64,000 bases of DNA from an uncultured Legionella sp. Lineage in GTDB: Bacteria > Pseudomonadota > Gammaproteobacteria > Legionellales > Legionellaceae. The stretch covers positions 34,361-98,360 of the forward strand of contig CABHON010000004.1 in assembly GCA_902168255.1 (NCBI GenBank), written 5' to 3'. Position numbers and translations under genes: made by a program. Shown piece after piece: positions 19,079-28,380 of this stretch. Within the stretch, counting starts at the first letter, position 1, and each line of letters begins with the position of its first letter. The notes beneath the pieces are model-generated. The model was not told where the DNA came from, searched no databases, and saw nothing but the letters and a program-made list of their open reading frames with translations.

Positions 19079-20707
19079 TATCTTATTCATTGAACGTGCC
19101 TGAGGTGGTGCAACATAAGGGGGAACCTGTGGTGCTGCAGGATCATCAATTTCTGTTTCTAAAATTTCCATTTGCTCTAATAGTTCATTTTTACTAGAAA
19201 TACATTTTTGGGAAAAGTAAAAGAAAAGAACACTAAGGATAAACATGATGCCAGTATCTGTTGGGAAGTCTAACATGTTGATACCACCAAAAGAGCTGAG
19301 GTAAGAACAAACGAGAATGGACGTTATGTAAGCAATAAACCATTGAAGGCTCCGTTGACCAATAATCTCCCAATCCTTTTTATACAAAAGATGGATTAAA
19401 AGACCAAAAGCTAAAGCAACATACAATTTCCATATAATAGTAAACCCACACCAAAGCAACATTAAATTACAGAAATAAAATGCGATACAGCATATGAAGT
19501 TCGCATAGGCCAATCGAAATGGCCTTTTTCTCTCTGGAAGCAGGTTACGTAAGGCCGGTAAGCAAAGTGGGCCTACCGTGTAAGATAAGATACCTGCAGA
19601 AGAAAGAAATGCCACCATTTTTTGCCACCCTGGGAAAGGAAGAAACGATAACATTCCCACAATAAAGTTAATAATCAATGTAACATAAGGAATCTGGTAT
19701 TTATTCAGTTTTAAAAGAAAAGAAGGTAAATGCCGATGCAACGCCATGCTGTATAAAATACGTGAAGTACCCGTGGTATAAACTAACGCTGTACCCAGAG
19801 GAGATAAAGAAGAATCAATTAATAATAGTGTTGCAACGATAGGTAGCCCAAGTAATAAGGTAAGACCTACAAGAGGGCTATTGCTGCCAGGAAAAGTGAA
19901 GTGTGTCCAACCGTTTTCTAAATATTTGGATGGCATTGCAGCAATAAAACTATATTGCAATAAAAAATAAAGTATAAAGGCGAGAACAATTGAACCTAAC
20001 ACAGCAAAGGGAACATCTCGTTGAGGCCTTTTGGCTTCACCGGCTAACATCGCACCTGTTTGAAATCCTAGGAAGGCAAAAGCAATCCCACCCGAAGATA
20101 ATGCAGAAAAAATATCTTCCCAGCTTTTGGATTGGTTAAGCGTTAATTCAATATTATTATGAAAAGAACCTGCATAATAAAAAAGGGTGAAAATAGTAAG
20201 CACCGGAATAAAAAATTTAACTATACCTGCATATTTGCTGCATTCAGCTAATAATTTTATTCCACAAGTATTAAGAAGCGTAATTAATGCAAGAATAATA
20301 AAAGCAGCTATATAACCTGTGCTAGAAAGTGCAAGCGATGCAGATTGACCAGGCTCGAGCAGAGTAGGAAAAAAATGACTCGCATATTGCAAAACAGCCT
20401 GTAACTCAATTGGACTAACCACTACATAGGATAACCAGGATGTCCAAGCAAATAAAAAACCGACGCCTTTGCCATGAGTAAGCGTTGGGTAATTTGCCAT
20501 GCCACCTGAAACCGGCAACATACTGCCAAGTTCAGAAAGCGGTAATGCAACAAACATCATAAATACAGCCGCTATCGCCCAGCTAATTAAAGCATTTGGA
20601 CCTGCCATTTGAGCACTGATATAAGGGCTAAAAAGCCAACCCGAGCCAACCATGCTGCTTAAAGAAATTATGAGGAGGTTGGTTGTTGAGATCTCGCGTT
20701 TTAACAT
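19064..20707 (-). CDS. APC-family amino acid permease
   Basis: About 12 TM segments, and the N-terminus LSSMVGSGWLF is typical of APC transporters. I trimmed the start to the ATG at 20707. There is a roughly 50-aa hydrophilic C-terminal tail. Confidence 0.85.
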   Translation of the reverse strand: MLKREISTTNLLIISLSSMVGSGWLFSPYISAQMAGPNALISWAIAAVFMMFVALPLSELGSMLPVSGGMANYPTLTHGKGVGFLFAWTSWLSYVVVSPIELQAVLQYASHFFPTLLEPGQSASLALSSTGYIAAFIILALITLLNTCGIKLLAECSKYAGIVKFFIPVLTIFTLFYYAGSFHNNIELTLNQSKSWEDIFSALSSGGIAFAFLGFQTGAMLAGEAKRPQRDVPFAVLGSIVLAFILYFLLQYSFIAAMPSKYLENGWTHFTFPGSNSPLVGLTLLLGLPIVATLLLIDSSLSPLGTALVYTTGTSRILYSMALHRHLPSFLLKLNKYQIPYVTLIINFIVGMLSFLPFPGWQKMVAFLSSAGILSYTVGPLCLPALRNLLPERKRPFRLAYANFICCIAFYFCNLMLLWCGFTIIWKLYVALAFGLLIHLLYKKDWEIIGQRSLQWFIAYITSILVCSYLSSFGGINMLDFPTDTGIMFILSVLFFYFSQKCISSKNELLEQMEILETEIDDPAAPQVPPYVAPPQARSMNKISTTQ

Positions 20708-20828
20708 AATGATGCACCTGATATATTTTTTAATATAAGCACTCAGTATAAAACGGAATTTTTGGGGCGGCAAGATTGAATAAAAAACTATCAGAAGGCG
20801 GGAAGTGTGCTATATTAAAAGCATGGAC

Positions 20829-20857
20829 TTGATTTTTATTTCTGGATCGGGTAAATT
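20829..20857 (+). promoter_or_regulatory. candidate sigma70 promoter for rpmB-rpmG (TTGATT-17-TAAATT)
   Basis: Hexamers at 20829-20834 and 20852-20857 with a 17-nt spacer, about 60 nt upstream of the rpmB ATG. Confidence 0.35.
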
Positions 20858-20915
20858 GCGCGGTTCATAGAGTCTTAATATGAAGTTAAAGGCTAAGTTT
20901 TTCGGAGATAAAAGA

Positions 20916-21155
20916 ATGTCTAGAGTATGTGAAGTAACAGGTAAGGGACCTATTGTAGGTAACTGCGTTTCTCATGCCAACAATAAAACTAAACGAAGAT
21001 TCCTACCAAACATTCAGGAACATCGTTTTTGGGATGAAGAAAAAAACGTTTGGGTAAAGCTTAAAGTTAGCATCCATGGTATGCGAATTATTGATAAATT
21101 AGGTGTTGCTAAAGTGCTTAAAATGATTCGTGAACGTAATAAATCAACAAAATAA
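20916..21155 (+). CDS. rpmB: 50S ribosomal protein L28
   Basis: [32 protein letters not shown] is the canonical L28 N-terminus. I trimmed the start from the track start at 20880. Confidence 0.95.
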   Translation: MSRVCEVTGKGPIVGNCVSHANNKTKRRFLPNIQEHRFWDEEKNVWVKLKVSIHGMRIIDKLGVAKVLKMIRERNKSTK

Positions 21156-21174
21156 TTTATAAAGGAGTTATTCC

Positions 21175-21342
21175 ATGGCTGCACCAGCACGCGAAAAAGT
21201 TAAACTTGTATCCTCTGCAGGAACAGGTCACTACTATACAACTGATAAAAACAAACGTAATACGCCTCATAAGTTATCTTTTAAAAAATATGATCCTGTT
21301 ATTCGTAAGCATGTAATTTATAATGAAGGTAAGATCAAGTAA
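21175..21342 (+). CDS. rpmG: 50S ribosomal protein L33
   Basis: Not in the track because it is under 60 aa. My translation is [55 protein letters not shown] (55 aa). An AAAGGAG RBS is present and the gene sits immediately after rpmB. Confidence 0.93.
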   Translation: MAAPAREKVKLVSSAGTGHYYTTDKNKRNTPHKLSFKKYDPVIRKHVIYNEGKIK

Positions 21343-21370
21343 CGATCTTTTTTAAAGAAGGATATATATC

Positions 21371-21664
21371 ATGCAAATAAATTTTACTGGTCATCATATC
21401 GAAGTAACTCCAGCATTACGCGAGTTTGCTGAAGGAAAATTCGAAAAAATATTGCGCCATTTTGATAAAATTGGCTCTATCAATGTTGTATTTCAAGTAG
21501 ATAAGCTCAGACATATTGCTGAGGCAACTATTCATGTTGCGAAAAATGAATTTCATGCGCATTCAGAATCAGAGGATCTCTATAGTGCAATTGATTTATT
21601 AATTGACAAGTTAGATCGCCAACTAAAAAAACATAAAGAAAAAATCACTGAACATCGTGAATAA
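21371..21664 (+). CDS. hpf: ribosome hibernation promoting factor (short HPF/YfiA family)
   Basis: MQINFTGHHIEVTPALREFAEGKF is the canonical sigma54-modulation/HPF N-terminus; 97 aa. Confidence 0.9.
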   Translation: MQINFTGHHIEVTPALREFAEGKFEKILRHFDKIGSINVVFQVDKLRHIAEATIHVAKNEFHAHSESEDLYSAIDLLIDKLDRQLKKHKEKITEHRE

Positions 21665-22160
21665 ATCTATTATGGTAAATAAGAAGGGGCCTTTAAATGG
21701 CCCCTCTTATTTTCATGGTGTGTTTGTCGAAGTTTTTGAAAAAGGAATTTTGTTGATAGGTCCTAGTGGAGTTGGCAAAAGCGATATAGCATTAGGTTTG
21801 CTAGATCGTGGACACTATCTTATTTCAGATGATATCGTCAGTTTTCAATTTTCTTCTTGTGGAAAAAAAATAGTCGGAACCTGTCCTTCAAAAGAGCTGC
21901 ATGGTTTTTTAGAAGTGAAAGAGTTAGGTATTTTGGATATAAGCCGTCTTTTTGGCTGTTCTGCAATAAAAACAGAAGCATCATTAGATCACATTTGCGA
22001 ACTTGTGCCAAATCCTACAGTTGCTACAATGAATCATATAGAAAAAGAGGAAATGCTAGAAAATATTCTAGGAAAAGCTATCCCTAAAACAAAATTGACT
22101 GCTTTTTCTGGAAGAAATATATCTCTTCTTATTGAAGCGATGGTGAGAACCTCCTTATGA
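21657..22160 (+). CDS. hprK: short HPr kinase/phosphorylase-like protein (C-terminal catalytic domain only)
   Basis: P-loop GPSGVGKSDIALGLLDRGHYLISDDIV matches the HprK/P catalytic domain. At 167 aa the N-terminal domain is absent. The GTG start overlaps the hpf stop, and an alternative ATG lies at 21672. Confidence 0.75.
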   Translation: MNKSIMVNKKGPLNGPSYFHGVFVEVFEKGILLIGPSGVGKSDIALGLLDRGHYLISDDIVSFQFSSCGKKIVGTCPSKELHGFLEVKELGILDISRLFGCSAIKTEASLDHICELVPNPTVATMNHIEKEEMLENILGKAIPKTKLTAFSGRNISLLIEAMVRTSL

Positions 22161-22564
22161 CAGCCAAAGTAAATATCATTTTAATTACACATGAAACTGT
22201 TGGTACGGCTTTGTTAGATGCTGTAAAAATGGCATTGGGTGTGTTACCTTTACCTACAACTGTTATTGCTATTACTCATCAAGATGATCCAGATAAGATC
22301 GTTGCAAAACTAAAAAGACATGTAGACGCTCTCATTAAAAAAGATCCAGAGCAAGATTTTTTACTCTTAACAGATTTATTTGGCGCAACGCCAAGTAATA
22401 TTGCTTCTCGTCTGCAAAAATGCGAAAGTAGGGATAAAATTGAGGTGGTTGCAGGGTTGAATTTGCCCATGCTCATTCGCGTGATGAATTACGCTTCTCT
22501 TCCTTTGCATGAACTGACTCAAAAGGCCGTAAGTGGCGGAAAAGACGGCATTATTAATTATTAA
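22157..22564 (+). CDS. PTS EIIA component, mannose family
   Basis: 135 aa. The N-terminus IILITHETVGTALLDAV carries the phospho-His context, and LLLTDLFGATPSN is also typical of EIIA(Man). It overlaps the hprK-like stop by 4 nt. Confidence 0.8.
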   Translation: MTAKVNIILITHETVGTALLDAVKMALGVLPLPTTVIAITHQDDPDKIVAKLKRHVDALIKKDPEQDFLLLTDLFGATPSNIASRLQKCESRDKIEVVAGLNLPMLIRVMNYASLPLHELTQKAVSGGKDGIINY

Positions 22565-22571
22565 CAACATT

Positions 22572-22841
22572 ATGATTCAGCAAAAAATTCAAATTATTAA
22601 TAAATTAGGCCTGCATGCAAGAGCAGCAGCTAAATTAGTCTCCTGTGCTTCGCGTTTTGAAAGTGATATTTTACTAAAAAAGGATGATCAACCTGCGAAT
22701 GGTAAAAGTATTATGGGCGTGATGATGTTAGCCGCTTCCCAACATACTGAAATAGAATTATGTATTGAAGGTAAAGATGAACAAGAAGCATTTGACGCAA
22801 TTGTTGAATTAATAAACGCTAAATTTGGCGAGCCTTCGTAA
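22572..22841 (+). CDS. HPr/NPr phosphocarrier protein
   Basis: GLHARAA (His15 context) and [10 protein letters not shown] (Ser46 context). I trimmed the start to the ATG at 22572 (89 aa). Confidence 0.85.
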   Translation: MIQQKIQIINKLGLHARAAAKLVSCASRFESDILLKKDDQPANGKSIMGVMMLAASQHTEIELCIEGKDEQEAFDAIVELINAKFGEPS

Positions 22842-22892
22842 TCCAGGAATTATTTTCTACAGGGTGAAAATTCCCATAAACTGGACAGGTTC

Positions 22893-22921
22893 TAGACAAA
22901 ACTGGACAAATAGCGTACAAT
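22893..22921 (+). promoter_or_regulatory. candidate sigma70 promoter for lpxC (TAGACA-17-TACAAT)
   Basis: Hexamers at 22893-22898 and 22916-22921, about 40 nt upstream of the lpxC ATG. They are flanked by the direct repeat AAACTGGACA x2. Confidence 0.3.
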
Positions 22922-22959
22922 CTGCCACATTTTATTTATTCAAAATAGGCTTAAAAAGC

Positions 22960-23883
22960 ATGATCAGACAACGGACATTGAAAAATGTCATACAAGCAAC
23001 TGGAGTTGGGATACATTCTGGTGAAAAAGTTTATATAACATTGAGGCCTGCGCCAGTAAATGCTGGTATTGTTTTTAGACGTACAGATTTTTCTGAGGCA
23101 ATTGAAATTCCTGCAAAAGTTGATTTTGTCGAGGGAACCACCTTATGTACATCCTTGGTAAAGAACCAGATAAAAGTGGCAACAGTTGAGCATTTAATGT
23201 CGGCTTTTGCTGGCTTAGGTATTGATAATGCTTATGTTGATGTGACGGCAAGTGAGTTACCAATCATGGATGGTAGTTCTGCCCCCTTTGTTTTTTTAAT
23301 ACAATCAGCCGGTATTTTAGAACAAAACGCACCTAAAAAGTTTATTAGAATAAAACAAGCTATTGAAGTAACTGATGGTGAAAAATATGCTCGTCTTGAA
23401 CCTTATGAAGGGTTTAAAGTTTCTTTTACAATCAATTTTAGCCATCCAGTTTTTCGCGGACGCCCTCAAACTGCCACCTTCGATTTTTCAATGACTTCTT
23501 ATGTGCGTGAAATTAGCCGGGCCAGGACATTTGGTTTCATGTCAGATTATGAAAAACTTCGTGAATTAGGGTTAGCAAAAGGCGGAAGCCTTGATAATAC
23601 ACTTGTAGTTGATGATTATCGTATTTTGAACGCCGATGGCCTTCGTTATGAAGATGAATTTGTGAAACATAAAATGTTAGATGCTGTTGGTGATTTGTAT
23701 CTGCTTGGTTATAATTTAATTGGCTCTTTTGAAGGATACAAATCTGGACATGCTTTGAACAACAGTTTATCCCTTGAACTTTTAAAACAGAAGGAATCTT
23801 GGGAATATGTAACCTTTGAAGATGAATCTGCTACTTCACCAGTCAATTATTTCGCTTCTTGGGTTCCTGCGATATCTTCATAA
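22960..23883 (+). CDS. lpxC: UDP-3-O-acyl-N-acetylglucosamine deacetylase
   Basis: [32 protein letters not shown]..., TVEHLMSA and [10 protein letters not shown] are canonical LpxC motifs. The track's 45-aa N-terminal extension was removed. Confidence 0.95.
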   Translation: MIRQRTLKNVIQATGVGIHSGEKVYITLRPAPVNAGIVFRRTDFSEAIEIPAKVDFVEGTTLCTSLVKNQIKVATVEHLMSAFAGLGIDNAYVDVTASELPIMDGSSAPFVFLIQSAGILEQNAPKKFIRIKQAIEVTDGEKYARLEPYEGFKVSFTINFSHPVFRGRPQTATFDFSMTSYVREISRARTFGFMSDYEKLRELGLAKGGSLDNTLVVDDYRILNADGLRYEDEFVKHKMLDAVGDLYLLGYNLIGSFEGYKSGHALNNSLSLELLKQKESWEYVTFEDESATSPVNYFASWVPAISS

Positions 23884-23900
23884 ATTTATAATTATTGCTG

Positions 23901-25175
23901 ATGGCGCATCATAACGATTATTCAATAACATTTTTACTTGTTATTTTATTCTTATTGGTTTTGGTTTCAGCCTTTTTCTCCAGTTCAGAAATAGGCATGA
24001 TGTCCCTTAATCAATATCGTTTACGACATTTAGTACGAAAGAAAAATCGACGCGCCGCACGTGTGGCGAAATTACTGGAAAAACCAGAACAATTTCTTGC
24101 TGTAGTTTTAGTTGGTAATACCTGTGCAAATATTATTGCTTCTACCATTGCAACACTTATTGGAGAGCGACTTAGTGGTGATGCAGGTGTTGCAATTGCC
24201 ACCGGTATTCTCACTTTAGTGGTGTTAGTATTTGCCGAAATGGCACCAAAAACACTGGCTGCCTTATATCCGCAACCCATCGCATTATCTTGCTCATTTC
24301 TGCTTTATTGGCTTTTAAAACTGTTCTCTCCGATTGTTTGGGCTTTGAACAAAATCGTCATGGTTTTTTTCAAATTGTTTGGTATTGATACGAGCAATCA
24401 AAATAAAGAGGTTCTTTCTACAGAAGAGCTACGCACGATTGTATACGAAACGGGAAGCATGATTCCAAAGCAGCATAAAAAAATGTTGCTGAGTATCTTA
24501 GATTTAGAAAAAGTGACTGTTGATGATATTATGGTAGAACGCAATGATATCGTTGGTATTAATATTAGCTTACCATGGACTGAAATTCGTGATCAATTGG
24601 AAATAACGCAACATACGCGTTTACCGGTTTATGAAGAAACCATGGATAACGTGATAGGAATAATTCATATTCGATATGTATTGAATCTTTTTTTAGAAGA
24701 ACAGTTGGATAAAGAACACCTCAAATCGCTTGCAGAGCCCTGTTATTTTGTACCGGAAGGCACAGGTTTGCATCAACAACTTATTAATTTTCAACATGTT
24801 AAAAAAAGAACGGCATTAGTAGTAGATGAGTATGGTGATATTCAAGGACTAGTAACCCTTGAGGATATTCTAGAAGAAATTGTAGGTGATTTTACGACTG
24901 ATATTGCTTCGATGGTGAAAGAGATTTACCCACAAGAAGATGGTTCGTTTTTGATTGACGGTAGTGCCTATGTTCGCGATATTAATAGTTCCTTATCCTG
25001 GAAATTACCCCTTCTAGGCCCGCGCACACTTAGTGGCCTTATTATTGAGTATCTAGGTTTTATACCGCCTGTCCAAAGTTGCCTTAAAATCAAAGGATAT
25101 GCAATGGAAATAATGCATGTTAAAGACAATATCATCAAAATGGTAAGAATTTATCCTCCTGGAAAGTTATCCTAG
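23901..25175 (+). CDS. CNNM/CorB-type transporter (DUF21 TM domain, CBS pair, CorC_HlyC)
   Basis: The N-terminal TM domain has the SSSEIGMMSLN motif. A CBS pair and a C-terminal CorC/HlyC domain (GSFLIDGSAYVRDIN) follow. I chose the ATG at 23901 over the TTG at 23895. Confidence 0.85.
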   Translation: MAHHNDYSITFLLVILFLLVLVSAFFSSSEIGMMSLNQYRLRHLVRKKNRRAARVAKLLEKPEQFLAVVLVGNTCANIIASTIATLIGERLSGDAGVAIATGILTLVVLVFAEMAPKTLAALYPQPIALSCSFLLYWLLKLFSPIVWALNKIVMVFFKLFGIDTSNQNKEVLSTEELRTIVYETGSMIPKQHKKMLLSILDLEKVTVDDIMVERNDIVGINISLPWTEIRDQLEITQHTRLPVYEETMDNVIGIIHIRYVLNLFLEEQLDKEHLKSLAEPCYFVPEGTGLHQQLINFQHVKKRTALVVDEYGDIQGLVTLEDILEEIVGDFTTDIASMVKEIYPQEDGSFLIDGSAYVRDINSSLSWKLPLLGPRTLSGLIIEYLGFIPPVQSCLKIKGYAMEIMHVKDNIIKMVRIYPPGKLS

Positions 25176-25197
25176 TTGTGCTATAGTAAAGAAACTG

Positions 25198-25221
25198 TTT
25201 ATACTGTGAACACAGTATAAA
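25198..25221 (+). terminator. candidate hairpin terminator after the CorB-like gene
   Basis: TTTATACTGTG-AA-CACAGTATAAA is a perfect 11-bp stem 23 nt after the stop, followed by ACTCTTTTC. Confidence 0.4.
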
Positions 25222-25224
25222 ACT

Positions 25225-25356
25225 CTTTTCACTTGAGTTTTGGTTTTGTTGCCTGTTGCATCGACTTCGGTCATGTTGAAGCGACTGCCAGTCGCTCCCG
25301 ATTCACGACTTGTCCGCTTGCTTGAAACATAACTGAAATCAATTGCCTTGAGTAAA
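25225..25356. repeat. palindromic element, family B (solo intergenic copy)
   Basis: CACTTGAGTTTTGGTTTTGTTGCCTGTTGCATCGACTTCGGTCATGTT...CCGCTTGCTTGAAACATAACTGAAATCAATTGCCTTGAGTA aligns with the 3032-3400 units and with the 55775-55905 copy. Confidence 0.7.
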
Positions 25357-25408
25357 AACAATAGATCTTTTGAGATCAAATCTATCGAGCTAAATTAAGG
25401 AGACAATC

Positions 25409-27514
25409 ATGTCAAATAGTCCTGTAGTCACAGCGTTTCGCGATGCTTTACGCAAAAACCAAATTGGTGGAGTAAATAAAGAGACGTATATTAGTCAAAT
25501 TAATCAATCATCATTAACCAAAACGCAACAAGAATTAGATATTATAGAATTAGAACTTGTGAGCTGTGAATTTAGCGAAGAGCTATATTCAGAGGAAGAT
25601 CTCACACTTATACAAAAAAAATTACAAGCCTTAAAAAAAGATACCACCCGTGATAATAAGTCCCCTGTTAAAAATACCAAGTGGGGCACTATGAATATTG
25701 CACATCAGAAGAGCAACCAGCTATTTGCTTCATTACCGTTACAACAAAATTCAAATGAAATCAAACGAGAAAACTTACTACAAAAAGTAGAAAACATATT
25801 AAAAAAAATGCGGGATGAACAAATAAAAAAGAATAACACTTTGTTCATGCAAATTCTTAATACCGTAAGCAATAAATCTTTTATTAATTTAACTGAATTT
25901 ATGAGAAATTTAATAACGCTTCGCCAGCTGTGTACCAATAAATCTGGCGGTGAGGGTGGTTCAGAAGATTGGGTGAAGTTATTAAAAAAAAATTTTCAAT
26001 CGCTTTCTGATAATGATTTAAAAAAAACATACGCCAGAATGCATTCGGATGAAATGATAGCTTTGATTAATGTTTTTTTTACCCAACGCTATATTCAAAT
26101 GAATGAAGATGGTTTAAGTGATGTAGCATTTCAAGATGCATTATCAATCTGGCCAATGAATATGGGATGGATGAAAGCAAACATCATTCATTCAGCAGAG
26201 GGAATAAAAAAAGCTCTCAGCATGCAACCTGATGCATATGCAAAAAGAGCTTTCACCTCTGCTGCGGCACAATTTTATACAATGGTGGTAAACGTATATG
26301 ATTCGCTGTGTGAAGTAATGGAAAGTAAACGATTGCGAGGATATGTGCCTGTTTTAATGTCAGAAATAAACGAAAATAAGCCACTTAATGAGCATACAAT
26401 CTATTTAAGGGCAGAATCTGGACAATTATCTTATAGAACTAAATTATCTGAAAAAATATTTACTATCACAAAAAAGGATTATGAAGATTTTGGATTCAGG
26501 GCTGATACTAGTAGAGAGTTTTTTTTAGCTATAGATCGTATTTCTAAAGAACCTTCTTCTTTAGGGCATAATATCCATCATTATTTAGAAAATGTAATTT
26601 TAAAAATAACAGCTCAGAGAGGGCATACAATTCCATTAGAAAATCCACCCTATCTATCAGAATGGCCCATAGATAAAGAAAAAAAACCTCTACCTATTAT
26701 TATTTCAGATGTTGAGAAGCATTTGATTGGTGAATGTGTTAAGGCGCATGATCCTATTAATTTGGCTAATAGAAAGCCACTTCAAAAAATGAAGTCAAAG
26801 CCTTATTTCTCTCAAGAAAAATTTGAGGCCTATTATTTTGGTAAAATGATTCATTCATTAGGTTGCTTTTTCAATCCCAAGCAGTTTTGTGATTTATTAT
26901 TAATAACTGATTCTACAGAAATTCATAACGCGATAAAAACAGCAAGTAAAGCAGAGTTAAAATTTTTATATAGGCAATTACGAGGCGGTGAGTTGAATAA
27001 TCTTGTCGCATTATTAAAATGCATCAAAGAAGGGGATGCTGAAAAACGTAAAGAAGTATATCAATGGCTTTCCATCAAAAATCCAGGTATGTTAGATGAA
27101 CGCTTTCAAACAGTTGCTGGAGAATTGTATGATAATGCAGACAAACTTATGCAATTAGTGCGTGAGCAATTAGAGATTAAAAAGGATTATGCTTATAATA
27201 ATTTGCAGCTAAAACCATCCCGAGTGTATTCAAGAAAAAATTCCGCTTGCTTAAAGCGGCTGTTAGAAGTCTATGTAGGTGCTTCACCAAAAAAAGATTT
27301 TTCTTATGGGATATGGGATTATCTTTATAGTTTTATACATCAAGGGGCAACACTTGAAGAAAACTTAGATAAAGAAGATGATGAACCTTTATTGCTTAAA
27401 CTAGTGAAGGGGGCTAGGACGGAACCTTGCACACCGACAAGTACACCGTCAAATACCCCTAAACATGATTCTTCAAGAAGAATAGATAATTATGGGGAAT
27501 ATTCTCCAGTGTGA
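25409..27514 (+). CDS. orphan 701-aa hydrophilic protein (possible secreted effector)
   Basis: Long ORF with an AAGGAG RBS. It is Lys/Glu/Asn-rich and helical, with no TM segment or signal peptide and no motif I recognise. The tail is S/T/P-rich. Confidence 0.75.
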   Translation: MSNSPVVTAFRDALRKNQIGGVNKETYISQINQSSLTKTQQELDIIELELVSCEFSEELYSEEDLTLIQKKLQALKKDTTRDNKSPVKNTKWGTMNIAHQKSNQLFASLPLQQNSNEIKRENLLQKVENILKKMRDEQIKKNNTLFMQILNTVSNKSFINLTEFMRNLITLRQLCTNKSGGEGGSEDWVKLLKKNFQSLSDNDLKKTYARMHSDEMIALINVFFTQRYIQMNEDGLSDVAFQDALSIWPMNMGWMKANIIHSAEGIKKALSMQPDAYAKRAFTSAAAQFYTMVVNVYDSLCEVMESKRLRGYVPVLMSEINENKPLNEHTIYLRAESGQLSYRTKLSEKIFTITKKDYEDFGFRADTSREFFLAIDRISKEPSSLGHNIHHYLENVILKITAQRGHTIPLENPPYLSEWPIDKEKKPLPIIISDVEKHLIGECVKAHDPINLANRKPLQKMKSKPYFSQEKFEAYYFGKMIHSLGCFFNPKQFCDLLLITDSTEIHNAIKTASKAELKFLYRQLRGGELNNLVALLKCIKEGDAEKRKEVYQWLSIKNPGMLDERFQTVAGELYDNADKLMQLVREQLEIKKDYAYNNLQLKPSRVYSRKNSACLKRLLEVYVGASPKKDFSYGIWDYLYSFIHQGATLEENLDKEDDEPLLLKLVKGARTEPCTPTSTPSNTPKHDSSRRIDNYGEYSPV

Positions 27515-27540
27515 ATGTAATTACCTCGATGATGTTGTAA

Positions 27541-27562
27541 GGGCGGGATCTTGTACCCGCCC
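27541..27562. terminator. GC-rich hairpin between convergent genes (candidate bidirectional terminator)
   Basis: GGGCGGG-ATCTTGTA-CCCGCCC lies between the stop at 27514 (+) and the stop at 27574 (-). Confidence 0.45.
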
Positions 27563-27573
27563 GGTAACAACGG

Positions 27574-28245
27574 CTACGCAAAATGCGTGTATTGAGAATG
27601 AGACAGCCAGTTTTTATCTGGATAGTAAGCAAAAAGAACAGAACCATCTTTAATAGTATTAATGATAGGTTTTGCTAATGCAGGATTAACCGCGGGACAT
27701 CCCCAGCTTCGACCTGCTTGCCCGTGCTGTTTAATAAAATCTTCCGTAACGTACCATGCTCCATGCATAACGACACGACGAGAAAGGGCTTGATCATTAT
27801 AACCGTGTTCTAATCCTTTTAAATTTAACGAATAGCCATTGGAGCCATTATAAGTATTAGAGGTTACATAGGTACCTAAGCTGCTTTCTAAGCTACGGTT
27901 TTGGTTTGAAAAGCGGGTAGAATATAAATCACCTGAATTACGTCCGTGGGCAACATAGGTTTCATACAGTAATTTTTCTTTTGCCAAATCAAATACCCAT
28001 AAACGCTCTTGAGAAGATGCTTTTGAATAATCAATTACTGTTAAGATGGGTTTATGGACAAGTCCAAGATGGCTGGCTTTGTCGTAAGCAGAAAGCGCTA
28101 AACGTAGGACTTCTTCTTTAACTTTTGGTGCAGCCTGTTTTAAAACTTCTAGTTCAGCTGCAATACTTTGGTTGTTGGAAACACTCGCGTGTGCAGACAA
28201 ACCCAACATACCGAGCGATGCACAAATTATCAACCGTTTTATCAT
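27574..28245 (-). CDS. L,D-transpeptidase-fold protein, EnhA-like
   Basis: Signal peptide (MIKRLIICASLGMLGLSAHA). The C-terminal catalytic context HGAWY...GRSWGCPAV matches the YkuD-like His/Cys site seen in Legionella/Coxiella EnhA paralogues. Confidence 0.75.
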   Translation of the reverse strand: MIKRLIICASLGMLGLSAHASVSNNQSIAAELEVLKQAAPKVKEEVLRLALSAYDKASHLGLVHKPILTVIDYSKASSQERLWVFDLAKEKLLYETYVAHGRNSGDLYSTRFSNQNRSLESSLGTYVTSNTYNGSNGYSLNLKGLEHGYNDQALSRRVVMHGAWYVTEDFIKQHGQAGRSWGCPAVNPALAKPIINTIKDGSVLFAYYPDKNWLSHSQYTHFA

Positions 28246-28380
28246 TCATTTCCCTCCAGTCGTTTGATAAGAGTGGGCATTATATCGTCAAAGTGGTTAA
28301 AAGTAAACCTTTTCCATGGTTTTCAAGATAGGAATTCGGTATAATTTATTTTATATAATTTTATTAAGGGGAATTAAACG

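Noticed and set aside
22825-22959. N-terminal extensions of track ORFs: lpxC from 22825, gmk from 47271, phosphoribosyltransferase to 61637, APC permease to 20773, rpmB from 20880, HPr from 22533, cdd to 3851.
   Set aside because: The conserved protein N-termini begin at internal ATGs with better RBS context. The extensions overlap neighbouring genes or repeats, or start at TTG or GTG.
25167-25379. 70-aa minus-strand ORF between the CorB-like gene and the 701-aa orphan.
   Set aside because: It spans the terminator hairpin and the family B repeat copy, has no RBS, and its composition is dictated by the repeat.
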